A stretch of DNA of 64,000 nt, taken from positions 106,888,001 to 106,952,000 of the forward strand of contig OZ286461.1 in the NCBI GenBank assembly GCA_965644265.1. Direction: 5' to 3'. The notes below the pieces were generated by a model, which was not told the DNA's origin, ran no database searches, and saw only the letters and a program-made list of their open reading frames with translations. Both the position numbers and the translations under genes were made by a program. The stretch's first letter is position 1; every line of letters starts with the position of its first letter. Below are positions 1 to 13,122 of this stretch, piece after piece. The DNA comes from Glycera tridactyla (taxonomy: Eukaryota).

Positions 1-1108
1 GGAACAATCCGCAGTGCTACTCAGCTACGGAATGCCATAATGCCCTTAATGTACCATACCTGGAACAGTATAGAAACAGGCAATTGCTAGTCGAGTTCTA
101 CAAAATGCTGAAGATGCCACTCAACGGTGCCCATAATAGTCACCTGGTCCTAAGATCAGATGTGTCTAGATACACAACCCGGCAAACAGCTAGACAAGAC
201 CTAGAACTACCATTGATGCGCACGCAATGGGCATCAGGCAGTGTCCTTATAAGAGGATCCAGATTATGGAATTCAGTGCCATCGTATCTAAGAGAAAGCG
301 CATCGGTGACTATAATGAAAAAACGTTGCAAATCATATTTTAGTTTACAGCTGGCCTAAGCCACCAGACTGGCCGAGGCGGAGAAGGAAAGCTGCAGATC
401 AAAACAAATACTTTCAGCTTACGAGTGGCCTAATTCACAGTAATTGGACAATACGACTCATCTTTGTTTGTTTTGTTTTCCTTTCTCGAAAATCGTTTGA
501 CAGTGGGTGTTTGTCGTATTTTTTTGTATTTTTGTATTTTTTGTATTTTCGTATTTTGTATCCTGTGCATATTTTGAACGTATGGACATGAACACCAATG
601 AGGGAAGACAGAGCTATAGCCTAGAAAACCTCATCCAGGCTCGGTAAATTGGTTGATCTCTAATATTTATGTACATGTAAGTGCCATGACACCGAACCAA
701 GGAGTGTATTGTCAGCTACAGACTTGACGGGTCTGCCGAACTCACAATGTTTATTTGATCCTTCTTCTACCAACACAACTCATTACCACCATTGATACAA
801 ACACAGCAATATTTGTAGAACACCGCCAATAGACCATACTTTTTACAATCTAATATTCCTACACATAATATTTCTATCAATAGTAAAGTACCAAATATTA
901 CCACCAATAGTGTTGCACCATATCTAATGGAATTACCTCCATCAATATGTAAATATGTACATACCGTTTTCTGTGTTACTACTCTGTTTCCTGCTCGTTC
1001 TTTTGCATTGTGTTTTCTTCATTGTATTGTATGCCCACGCAAGCTTGTCATGCGACTATTGTCAAAGCTTATTGTGAATAAAGTTTTCAAATCAAAAATC
1101 AAATCAAA
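1..1108 (+). mobile_element. 3' fragment of a CR1/L2-type LINE (copy 1)
   Basis: RT C-terminal peptide ...RTQWASGSVLIRGSRLWNSVPSYLRESASVTIMKKRCKSYF*, then a 3' UTR ending AATAAAGTTTT(CAAAT)n at about 1078-1108. Confidence 0.85.
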
Positions 1109-2919
1109 GACACTGTGTCTAGATAGTTAGTGCACTCTTGATATAATAACCCGAAAGTTTTGGGTAAAAGACCCACGATGAAACATCGAACTTTTAAAGT
1201 TGATATAATCGGTGGCCACCTAGTTGCAAGTGTGAAGACGAACCACGAAGGTATAATGCATGTTCAGCTAGTATTAGATTGTTGCGAGCACTTGAACGCG
1301 TAAAGTAGTTGGAGTATGATGTATAGAGGAGTATTCCATTCCTCTAGTGAAACGTATCCTATTCCATAGTGATGGATAGACGAATCTCACTGTATGGGGT
1401 AACTAACTCCCATGCATCACAGGTGGAGCTAGTGTGCCGATCACACTATCATTGCAGCTGGCAGAAATTAGGCATAACAGCCTAAATCAGCTGCTTCCGT
1501 AAGCCGGGATGGCGAAGTGGTAATAACGTGGCCTGAAGAGTACGCACCTCTTCAGTTTACGACATCTCAGACGTGCTGGTCGCTGCAAGAAGATAGAAAA
1601 AAATCTCCTACCAACTGTCCAAGTATCATAAAGAAAAGTTTTGATTCAAAATAGTATCTTTAAACAACTCTAAGATTTTAATTTGTTTGTTGCGTGCACT
1701 TAGTTACTTGCAGTTGCCAGATCAATTATAGTGGGAAGGCAGGATCCCACTTTATTCCCCACTAACTAAATAGCACAAGAATTTAAACTACAAGTTACCA
1801 TTGATCAAGTTACTCGAAATATTTCAACATTCAGTTGAAGAGATTGTCAAAAGACAATCAGCAAGTATCACCGTTGAAAAGAAATCTCAATGCCCTTAAG
1901 CCATTATCAACGGAGCAGGCACTAAGCCAACTAAGTTAATCAATCAATGAACAAGGCATTAAAATATCATCAGCTGTATCAGAGAGAGCTAAGTTCACGG
2001 GGAATGAACTAGAAAGGTGAACACACCAAGTCCTCTCTCAGTCAGCTGGGATCATGATGCAGCAGCAATACAGCGAAAAAGTTGAAGTCCAACTGTCTGC
2101 ATGAAAAGAGCTAGCACGCTTTTCAAAATCAAAAATAGTCAAGTCCTCATCAAATCAAATTCAAAAAATTTGAATAAATTCTAAGTTAAGAATCCAAGAT
2201 AGAGAAATTAATCTATTCAGAGCAGGTGGTCTTTATAGACAGATTCAGATGAAGTCACCACTCACCGAAGCAAGGGGCAAGATCTGAAATCAACACAAGT
2301 TCCCCCTCCCAGTCACTGTGAGTATGACCTACCTTACATAGACCGGAACGCACTAAGTCACAGCTGCAGTAGCAGCAGGGTCTAAGTTCCGATCTACCAG
2401 GTCCGTGCTAAGTTCGAATTCTAAAATTCACCAAATCCCAATTTCAACTCATTTCAAGCCATTTGGTAATGCCTAAAGTCGAAATTAGTCATGTAATTCC
2501 AGAAATATAAGAGCGAAATGCATTTACATGCAGTCCCATATGTCACAAACCTCAAACACAAATGTGCTTACTAGGTAAGACCATGAGTAAGTCCGGTAAG
2601 CACCGTGCTGAGTTTTAGTCAACGCGCTAAGTCCGCGCTGTCAAATCACAAATAGCGCTAAAGCCAGCACACTGAAGTTTTATAAAAGCAATCCGCACAT
2701 AACGAGAAACAATTCCGATCAATTCTAAAGCAGCTAAAAGCTTTTATCAAAAGTGAAAAAGTTTCAAACTTGTTGAAAAGTGTAAAGTGGATCGGAAGCA
2801 CAAAGTGAGGCTCATGCATGTGGTGGATGGAAATCCAAAATGGCAGATTGTTCACATCTGACCGATCAGTCAGAAACAGCTGTTCATTCCAGAATGCTCA
2901 GAAAGTATTTCGGAGCTCA

Positions 2920-4095
2920 TGGCGGTCTGAACAAACAACAGGCCCACCGCATCCAAATGGCCCAGAATCGGGCATTACGAGTTGTCTGGAACAATCCGCA
3001 GTGCTACTCAGCTACGGAATACCATAATGCCCTTAATGTACCATACCTGGAACAGTATAGAAACAGGCAATTGCTAGTCGAGTTCTACAAAATGCTGAAG
3101 ATGCCACTCAACGGTGCCCATAATAGTCACCTGGTCCTAAGATCAGATGTGTCTAGATACACAACCCGGCAAACAGCTAGACAAGACCTAGAACTACCAT
3201 TGATGCGCACGCAATGGGCATCAGGCAGTGTCCTTATAAGAGGATCCAGATTATGGAATTCAGTGCCATCGTATCTAAGAGAAAGCGCATCGGTGACTAT
3301 AATGAAAAAACGTTGCAAATCATATTTTAGTTTACAGCTGGCCTAAGCCACCAGACTGGCCGAGGCGGAGAAGGAAAGCTGCAGATCAAAACAAATACTT
3401 TCAGCTTACGAGTGGCCTAATTCACAGTAATTGGACAATACGACTCATCTTTGTTTGTTTTGTTTTCCTTTCTCGAAAATCGTTTGACAGTGGGTGTTTG
3501 TCGTATTTTTTTGTATTTTTGTATTTTTTGTATTTTCGTATTTTGTATCCTGTGCATATTTTGAACGTATGGACATGAACACCAATGAGGGAAGACAGAG
3601 CTATAGCCTAGAAAACCTCATCCAGGCTCGGTAAATTGGTTGATCTCTAATATTTATGTACATGTAAGTGCCATGACACCGAACCAAGGAGTGTATTGTC
3701 AGCTACAGACTTGACGGGTCTGCCGAACTCACAATGTTTATTTGATCCTTCTTCTACCAACACAACTCATTACCACCATTGATACAAACACAGCAATATT
3801 TGTAGAACACCGCCAATAGACCATACTTTTTACAATCTAATATTCCTACACATAATATTTCTATCAATAGTAAAGTACCAAATATTACCACCAATAGTGT
3901 TGCACCATATCTAATGGAATTACCTCCATCAATATGTAAATATGTACATACCGTTTTCTGTGTTACTACTCTGTTTCCTGCTCGTTCTTTTGCATTGTGT
4001 TTTCTTCATTGTATTGTATGCCCACGCAAGCTTGTCATGCGACTATTGTCAAAGCTTATTGTGAATAAAGTTTTCAAATCAAAAATCAAATCAAA
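2920..4095 (+). mobile_element. 3' fragment of a CR1/L2-type LINE (copy 2)
   Basis: RIQMAQNRALRVVW...YTTRQ...RGSRLWNSVP matches the typical CR1/L2 C-terminus (QN.A.R.I; Y.TR; RG..LWN.LP). It starts at the tandem junction and has a (CAAAT)n tail. Confidence 0.85.
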
Positions 4096-5906
4096 GACAC
4101 TGTGTCTAGATAGTTAGTGCACTCTTGATATAATAACCCGAAAGTTTTGGGTAAAAGACCCACGATGAAACATCGAACTTTTAAAGTTGATATAATCGGT
4201 GGCCACCTAGTTGCAAGTGTGAAGACGAACCACGAAGGTATAATGCATGTTCAGCTAGTATTAGATTGTTGCGAGCACTTGAACGCGTAAAGTAGTTGGA
4301 GTATGATGTATAGAGGAGTATTCCATTCCTCTAGTGAAACGTATCCTATTCCATAGTGATGGATAGACGAATCTCACTGTATGGGGTAACTAACTCCCAT
4401 GCATCACAGGTGGAGCTAGTGTGCCGATCACACTATCATTGCAGCTGGCAGAAATTAGGCATAACAGCCTAAATCAGCTGCTTCCGTAAGCCGGGATGGC
4501 GAAGTGGTAATAACGTGGCCTGAAGAGTACGCACCTCTTCAGTTTACGACATCTCAGACGTGCTGGTCGCTGCAAGAAGATAGAAAAAAATCTCCTACCA
4601 ACTGTCCAAGTATCATAAAGAAAAGTTTTGATTCAAAATAGTATCTTTAAACAACTCTAAGATTTTAATTTGTTTGTTGCGTGCACTTAGTTACTTGCAG
4701 TTGCCAGATCAATTATAGTGGGAAGGCAGGATCCCACTTTATTCCCCACTAACTAAATAGCACAAGAATTTAAACTACAAGTTACCATTGATCAAGTTAC
4801 TCGAAATATTTCAACATTCAGTTGAAGAGATTGTCAAAAGACAATCAGCAAGTATCACCGTTGAAAAGAAATCTCAATGCCCTTAAGCCATTATCAACGG
4901 AGCAGGCACTAAGCCAACTAAGTTAATCAATCAATGAACAAGGCATTAAAATATCATCAGCTGTATCAGAGAGAGCTAAGTTCACGGGGAATGAACTAGA
5001 AAGGTGAACACACCAAGTCCTCTCTCAGTCAGCTGGGATCATGATGCAGCAGCAATACAGCGAAAAAGTTGAAGTCCAACTGTCTGCATGAAAAGAGCTA
5101 GCACGCTTTTCAAAATCAAAAATAGTCAAGTCCTCATCAAATCAAATTCAAAAAATTTGAATAAATTCTAAGTTAAGAATCCAAGATAGAGAAATTAATC
5201 TATTTAGAGCAGGTGGTCTTTATAGACAGATTCAGATGAAGTCACCACTCACCGAAGCAAGGGGCAAGATCTGAAATCAACACAAGTTCCCCCTCCCAGT
5301 CACTGTGAGTATGACCTACCTTACATAGACCGGAACGCACTAAGTCACAGCTGCAGTAGCAGCAGGGTCTAAGTTCCGATCTACCAGGTCCGTGCTAAGT
5401 TCGAATTCTAAAATTCACCAAATCCCAATTTCAACTCATTTCAAGCCATTTGGTAATGCCTAAAGTCGAAATTAGTCATGTAATTCCAGAAATATAAGAG
5501 CGAAATGCATTTACATGCAGTCCCATATGTCACAAACCTCAAACACAAATGTGCTTACTAGGTAAGACCATGAGTAAGTCCGGTAAGCACCGTGCTGAGT
5601 TTTAGTCAACGCGCTAAGTCCGCGCTGTCAAATCACAAATAGCGCTAAAGCCAGCACACTGAAGTTTTATAAAAGCAATCCGCACATAACGAGAAACAAT
5701 TCCGATCAATTCTAAAGCAGCTAAAAGCTTTTATCAAAAGTGAAAAAGTTTCAAACTTGTTGAAAAGTGTAAAGTGGATCGGAAGCACAAAGTGAGGCTC
5801 ATGCATGTGGTGGATGGAAATCCAAAATGGCAGATTGTTTACATCTGACCGATCAGTCAGAAACAGCTGTTCATTCCAGAATGCTCAGAAAGTATTTCGG
5901 AGCTCA

Positions 5907-7082
5907 TGGCGGTCTGAACAAACAACAGGCCCACCGCATCCAAATGGCCCAGAATCGGGCATTACGAGTTGTCTGGAACAATCCGCAGTGCTACTCAGCT
6001 ACGGAATGCCATAATGCCCTTAATGTACCATACCTGGAACAGTATAGAAACAGGCAATTGCTAGTCGAGTTCTACAAAATGCTGAAGATGCCACTCAACG
6101 GTGCCCATAATAGTCACCTGGTCCTAAGATCAGATGTGTCTAGATACACAACCCGGCAAACAGCTAGACAAGACCTAGAACTACCATTGATGCGCACGCA
6201 ATGGGCATCAGGCAGTGTCCTTATAAGAGGATCCAGATTATGGAATTCAGTGCCATCGTATCTAAGAGAAAGCGCATCGGTGACTATAATGAAAAAACGT
6301 TGCAAATCATATTTTAGTTTACAGCTGGCCTAAGCCACCAGACTGGCCAAGGCGGAGAAGGAAAGCTGCAGATCAAAACAAATACTTTCAGCTTACGAGT
6401 GGCCTAATTCACAGTAATTGGACAATACGACTCATCTTTGTTTGTTTTGTTTTCCTTTCTCGAAAATCGTTTGACAGTGGGTGTTTGTCGTATTTTTTTG
6501 TATTTTTGTATTTTTTGTATTTTCGTATTTTGTATCCTGTGCATATTTTGAACATATGGACATGAACACCAATGAGGGAAGACAGAGCTATAGCCTAGAA
6601 AACCTCATCCAGGCTCGGTAAATTGGTTGATCTCTAATATTTATGTACATGTAAGTGCCATGACACCGAACCAAGGAGTGTATTGTCAGCTACAGACTTG
6701 ACGGGTCTGCCGAACTCACAATGTTTATTTGATCCTTCTTCTACCAACACAACTCATTACCACCATTGATACAAACACAGCAATATTTGTAGAACACCGC
6801 CAATAGACCATACTTTTTACAATCTAATATTCCTACACATAATATTTCTATCAATAGTAAAGTACCAAATATTACCACCAATAGTGTTGCACCATATCTA
6901 ATGGAATTACCTCCATCAATATGTAAATATGTACATACCGTTTTCTGTGTTACTACTCTGTTTCCTGCTCGTTCTTTTGCATTGTGTTTTCTTCATTGTA
7001 TTGTATGCCCACGCAAGCTTGTCATGCGACTATTGTCAAAGCTTATTGTGAATAAAGTTTTCAAATCAAAAATCAAATCAAA
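5907..7082 (+). mobile_element. 3' fragment of a CR1/L2-type LINE (copy 3)
   Basis: Same sequence as copy 2, offset by 2987 bp. Confidence 0.85.
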
Positions 7083-10000
7083 GACACTGTGTCTAGATAG
7101 TTAGTGCACTCTTGATATAATAACCCGAAAGTTTTGGGTAAAAGACCCACGATGAAACATCGAACTTTTAAAGTTGATATAATCGGTGGCCACCTAGTTG
7201 CAAGTGTGAAGACGAACCACGAAGGTATAATGCATGTTCAGCTAGTATTAGATTGTTGCGAGCACTTGAACGCGTAAAGTAGTTGGAGTATGATGTATAG
7301 AGGAGTATTCCATTCCTCTAGTGAAACGTATCCTATTCCATAGTGATGGATAGACGAATCTCACTGTATGGGGTAACTAACTCCCATGCATCACAGGTGG
7401 AGCTAGTGTGCCGATCACACTATCATTGCAGCTGGCAGAAATTAGGCATAACAGCCTAAATCAGCTGCTTCCGTAAGCCGGGATGGCGAAGTGGTAATAA
7501 CGTGGCCTGAAGAGTACGCACCTCTTCAGTTTACGACATCTCAGACGTGCTGGTCGCTGCAAGAAGATAGAAAAAAATCTCCTACCAACTGTCCAAGTAT
7601 CATAAAGAAAAGTTTTGATTCAAAATAGTATCTTTAAACAACTCTAAGATTTTAATTTGTTTGTTGCGTGCACTTAGTTACTTGCAGTTGCCAGATCAAT
7701 TATAGTGGGAAGGCAGGATCCCACTTTATTCCCCACTAACTAAATAGCACAAGAATTTAAACTACAAGTTACCATTGATCAAGTTACTCGAAATATTTCA
7801 ACATTCAGTTGAAGAGATTGTCAAAAGACAATCAGCAAGTATCACCGTTGAAAAGAAATCTCAATGCCCTTAAGCCATTATCAACGGAGCAGGCACTAAG
7901 CCAACTGAGTTAATCAATCAATGAACAAGGCATTAAAATATCATCAGCTGTATCAGAGAGAGCTAAGTTCACGGGGAATGAACTAGAAAGGTGAACACAC
8001 CAAGTCCTCTCTCAGTCAGCTGGGATCATGATGCAGCAGCAATACAGCGAAAAAGTTGAAGTCCAACTGTCTGCATGAAAAGAGCTAGCACGCTTTTCAA
8101 AATCAAAAATAGTCAAGTCCTCATCAAATCAAATTCAAAAAATTTGAATAAATTCTAAGTTAAGAATCCAAGATAGAGAAATTAATCTATTCAGAGCAGG
8201 TGGTCTTTATAGACAGATTCAGATGAAGTCACCACTCACCGAAGCAAGGGGCAAGATCTGAAATCAACACAAGTTCCCCCTCCCAGTCACTGTGAGTATG
8301 ACCTACCTTACATAGACCGGAACGCACTAAGTCACAGCTGCAGTAGCAGCAGGGTCTAAGTTCCGATCTACCAGGTCCGTGCTAAGTTCGAATTCTAAAA
8401 TTCACCAAATCCCAATTTCAACTCATTTCAAGCCATTTGGTAATGCCTAAAGTCGAAATTAGTCATGTAATTCCAGAAATATAAGAGCGAAATGCATTTA
8501 CATGCAGTCCCATATGTCACAAACCTCAAACACAAATGTGCTTACTAGGTAAGACCATGAGTAAGTCCGGTAAGCACCGTGCTGAGTTTTAGTCAACGCG
8601 CTAAGTCCGCGCTGTCAAATCACAAATAGCGCTAAAGCCAGCACACTGAAGTTTTATAAAAGCAATCCGCACATAACGAGAAACAATTCCGATCAATTCT
8701 AAAGCAGCTAAAAGCTTTTATCAAAAGTGAAAAAGTTTCAAACTTGTTGAAAAGTGTAAAGTGGATCGGAAGCACAAAGTGAGGCTCATGCATGTGGTGG
8801 ATGGAAATCCAAAATGGCAGATTGTTTACATCTGACCGATCAGTCAGAAACAGCTGTTCATTCCAGAATGCTCAGAAAGTATTTCGGAGCTCAAAAGAAA
8901 GCACTTAGCAGCTTATTCATTACGGAAGCGAAACAATTACAAACACAGCAGTTTCAAGGTCTAAAATCATTCCAAAGGAATTTTCCTTCGAAAATACAGC
9001 CCAACGTGACATCACAGATCATATAGACCGAAAATCTCAAAGTGGTCACATGTGACAGGTTGGTCTCAATACGGAGGTTTCACCCGAAAAGTAGGTCACG
9101 GGTCTCAGAGACATTACACAAGACTAAGCAAGCTTAGGATAGGTCCGTGCTTAGGATATACGGCGCTTAGGACAGAAATCAAGCTTAACAGAGTGGACCT
9201 TCTCCGAAAAGTCTAAATTCAGGCCGGGCACATGAATCACAAGCAGGCACTACGTGTAAACAAAACAAGCCTCGGTTTGTCGTCTCCCTCACGTGTCTAT
9301 TACAAGTACGAGCACCAAGAACATACCAACGGATCTTCAATTGACAAATACGACAGTTGTGGTCATTGGAAATTGAAATACCATCAAGCTAGCATTTGAT
9401 CGTTAAGCAAACAAGCTTTACAAGCCGAAATAGATTCAGAAAACTGAAATTGAAGCATATTCGATCGGTCGATTAATCGATTAATCGATCGGTTAACCAT
9501 CAAAGAATTCCAGATTTTCACACCATATGAACGACGTTAGATTATTACCTTCTCTAAACAAGCCGTTTCAATGAAAATACGGTTTTCAATAAAGAATTTC
9601 ACTTGGAAAAGAAAAAATTGACTGGATCTCTATCCATATGATCAGGGAAGCTAAAGAAAACAGATCAGCTGTGTGTGCTATTTACGAAACCAGCAGCAAA
9701 GTTCACCTAAGCGGTGACCTGGTTAGTACACATGACAGCGAGCTGCCATTGTCATACCGAGATAGGCATGTTCATTTCAACTCAGCCCACATGGACTGGT
9801 AGAGTTGCCGGGTCTATAAACACACAGATATAGAGAGAAAATAACCAGTTGTCTCTGTCGTTATTACAACTGAAAATGATCTTACAGAAATATTCCTTTC
9901 ACATACTTTATTCATATAGGGAAATCCCGTGAATATAATTGAATGTTGAATGATTCAATCACCTCATTCACACAGAAATTCGATGTATTACTTAATGATC

Positions 10001-11758
10001 TGAAACTGATTCGTAGGAGCTATATTGAGACGTGTTAGCAGTTCATACACACCGCTTCTCTCACCCGGAGGATTCAGTGAGTCCAAGCTTTAAATACAAT
10101 TTTACAAATTCCTGCATAGCCCTGTTCCACCCATACTGGCGTACTGGACCGGGAACAATACTGGAGGAACACGGCCTAGTTCCACGCAGTTCCACTTGTT
10201 CCAAATTCACCGGAACAGCACAGGGAATTAACAGAAACAGCTAGAACTACCGATATTTACGAGAATTATCAGCTAATCGTTTTGGATCAGGACGGCATTA
10301 ATGGAACAAAATCCTATCATCCAAAATGATCCAAAAACATCCAAAACATGCAAATTCTAGATTTTTGACCACGTATGCTTGAAATACGGTACATTCAAAA
10401 CAAAACATGGAAGATCCGATGACATGAAATGGCATGATACTAAAAATGGCCATTGGGGCAAATATGGATAATGACTCCTAATAAAGCCTCCTAATAAGAT
10501 CCTAAAACAGTTCTAAATCTCATAAAAACTCACTCGATGTTGTAGAGCTCACTGTGGTGTATCGGAGTCCATCATTTAGTCCAAGGCAGCGTTCTTGGAG
10601 AAGCTAGATGATCACAGCTTCTGACTCCTTCAGCTCTGGTGCGTACTCTTCAGGATAGAATTTCCAAGTGCCAGAACTCCTGTCTGGAACACTTTTATGT
10701 AACCGTCCTGAAGAGCCAGCAAAGAGCGGGAAAAAGGAGCGGGAAGAGCGATGTCAAACTCCCCAAGTCAGCTACCTCGAATGTATTCGCTCGAGACTTT
10801 CCTAGATCGATTTCAGAGGATTTTCTGAGAAAACAAGTACATTCCATGTACATTACATGTCACTTTCCTCCTGTGCGACTCCGAGCTCCTCCTGCTTAGG
10901 GAGTCGTTCACTATACTGTGTGATCAATGCTATCGGCAAAAAACCGTCCGATAAACGGCCTATACCTCGGACTAACAATTTTGCCTCGAAAGATACATTT
11001 CCCATCTTCGGAATATCTTTAGCCCTACTTCAGATACGTATCATGTGAAAATATGGCATTCCTACGTTCATTATTCACGGAGATATCGCAGTTTCACTGT
11101 TTCACCCTAGAAACACTGCAAGCTGGGCACCCACCGAGAACGGCGAGTCTACTGCGTGTAACTCGAACTCTAGTTGCCACACCAACAACCATATAGGTGA
11201 AACAACTAATATTAGGAAACTAACAGGATCACAACTATTTTTCAACTGATAGAAGTGAAAATATCCCATGCTTCTGGAGTAGAAGGTAATTTATACCCTT
11301 CCGGTAGCGTAAAACTAGTGCCGCGGGCCTCATAAGAGGAATTCCGCGAATTCCGCTACCAGAAATCCCTATATTGTTCATGTTATTCTAACAAACGTCA
11401 CGTCGTCAAAAANNNNNNNNNNNNNNNNNNNNNNNNNNNNNNNNNNNNNNNNNNNNNNNNNNNNNNNNNNNNNNNNNNNNNNNNNNNNNNNNNNNNNNNN
11501 NNNNNNNNNNNNNNNNNNNNNNNNNNNNNNNNNNNNNNNNNNNNNNNNNNNNNNGTACCACTCCACGTCTGAATTCCAGCGTTCGGGAGGAATCCAACCG
11601 GGATAAGCAGTCCGGATTCCACTCGGGAATTCTTTGTGGTTCCCTAAGATTGATAATATAATTAGAGTTAGGGGGAACAACACACACGAACTGTTTGTAT
11701 GACTCCCATCATTTATTACAAATAACTGTCCAATAATACAGGTGTTAGAGCTTTTTAT

Positions 11759-11803
11759 CCACAAACGTTTTCGGAGCCTCGGTGCGGGTCCTTCTTCAGG
11801 TGG
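11759..11803 (-). ncRNA. Minimal type I hammerhead ribozyme (inverted copy)
   Basis: Reverse complement reads CCAC-CTGAAGA-AGGACCCGCACCGAGGCTCC-GAAA-ACGTTT-GTGG. Confidence 0.65.
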
Positions 11804-12415
11804 GGCTTTTGGCTCTAATTAAACACCATGTAGTTGGACAGAATGGGAGTGAAAAATGTCATGTTGGATGTCGTCATTCTCGCCAGTGATTCTGCCTTGA
11901 CTAAGTTGGAGGGAAACTGGTGGGTTGGGAACGTTGAGTGGGAAACGTCTGACTCTAGGGAGTTTGTTATTTGCCTGCATCAGTTCAAAAGTATCTTTCT
12001 GTTCCCTGGCATGTACCTCGGCTTTTGCCACCAACACATCTCCCAGTTGATAGGAACATTCCCCAGTTACATCGTTTTGAGACAGTTGTTATTCCTGAAT
12101 TGTGAATCTTTATTGTGAACAATATTGTTATATGATTGCAAATGTACTACCCCAGCAGAATTGTAGATTACAGTGATCCAGAATGAGAGATAACAACATC
12201 TTAGAACAGACATGCCATCGTCGCCCTCCTAACAGCAACCCATTTCCACCAACCTCACATACAACCAACCCACTCCTACCCACCACCCCCCCAGATAAGT
12301 AGACTCATCCGAGATCCTAAAAAGATCCTAAAATGAGTACTTGGGCAGAATGGGACATGACATTTTTCACTCCCATTCTGTCCAACTACATGGTGTTTAA
12401 TTAGAGCCAAAAGCC

Positions 12416-12460
12416 CCACCTGAAGAAGGACCCGCACCGAGGCTCCGAAAACGTTTGTGG
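12416..12460 (+). ncRNA. Minimal type I hammerhead ribozyme
   Basis: Stem I CCAC/GTGG, core CTGAAGA and GAAA, GGA..TCC stem II, palindromic AACGTT stem III, NUH = UUU. Confidence 0.65.
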
Positions 12461-12558
12461 ATGAAAAGCTCTAACACCTGTATTATTGGACAGTTATTTG
12501 TAATAAATGATGGGAGTCATACAAACAGTTCGTGTGTGTTGTTCCCCCTAACTCTAAC

Positions 12559-12577
12559 AATAATAATGATAATAATG

Positions 12578-12626
<49 letters not shown>

Positions 12627-12634
12627 TGATGATA
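12559..12634. repeat. (AAT)n/(GAT)n microsatellite
   Basis: Seen directly in the sequence. Confidence 0.98.
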
Positions 12635-12935
12635 CTAGCAACAGTGATAAACAACAGTCTTGAGAGATGGCCGACTCACCTGAGAGGGAATGTGTGATCC
12701 GTTGAGGGATGACAGGGGTATCGAGGCACTCCGTAGCTCTCTGTCTTGCTTATGGCTTTCAACACTCGTTCATGTTCCAAACGTCTGATGTTGTCGGAAC
12801 GTTAGCAAGTATCGATATGAAGTCTGAGCTCAAGTGTAGACTGAAATATCCTGGCCTGTCAAGTGCGTATCTTGTTATTTATTGAAATTGACTGTCCATA
12901 TGGTAGGCTTCGGTGATTACATCCATAATATAACG

Positions 12936-13059
12936 CAAGATCCGCGCCATGTCGCCAAAACGGCGATGGAGTGAGTGGGAATATTGGCACGACGTGTGCA
13001 GGTTGGTTTTTGTGGGTCGTTTGTGTGTGAGTGTGGGTGTTTTTGTGCGTGTGTGTGTT

Positions 13060-13122
<63 letters not shown>

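Larger units (their letters stand above)
1..8893. repeat. Head-to-tail tandem array, period 2987 bp, about 3 copies in the window (continues off the left edge)
   Basis: Identical ORFs recur at 2987-bp offsets (84/3071; 927/3914/6901; 2840/5827/8814). Only a few SNPs separate copies. The array ends at ...GGAGCTCA (8893), where unique sequence starts. Confidence 0.97.
11662..12557. mobile_element. Penelope-like pseudo-LTR fragments in inverted orientation (203-bp arms at 11662-11864 and 12355-12557)
   Basis: The arms are reverse complements with about one mismatch. Each carries a hammerhead core and an AATAAA. The inward sequences are diverged homologues. The right arm abuts (AAT)n. Confidence 0.65.

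Noticed and set aside
1535-1557. CTGAAGAG..CTCTTCAG hairpin as a hammerhead, plus partial CTGATGA hits near 36325, 55475 and 56795
   Set aside because: No correctly placed GAAA and no stem I/III pairing.
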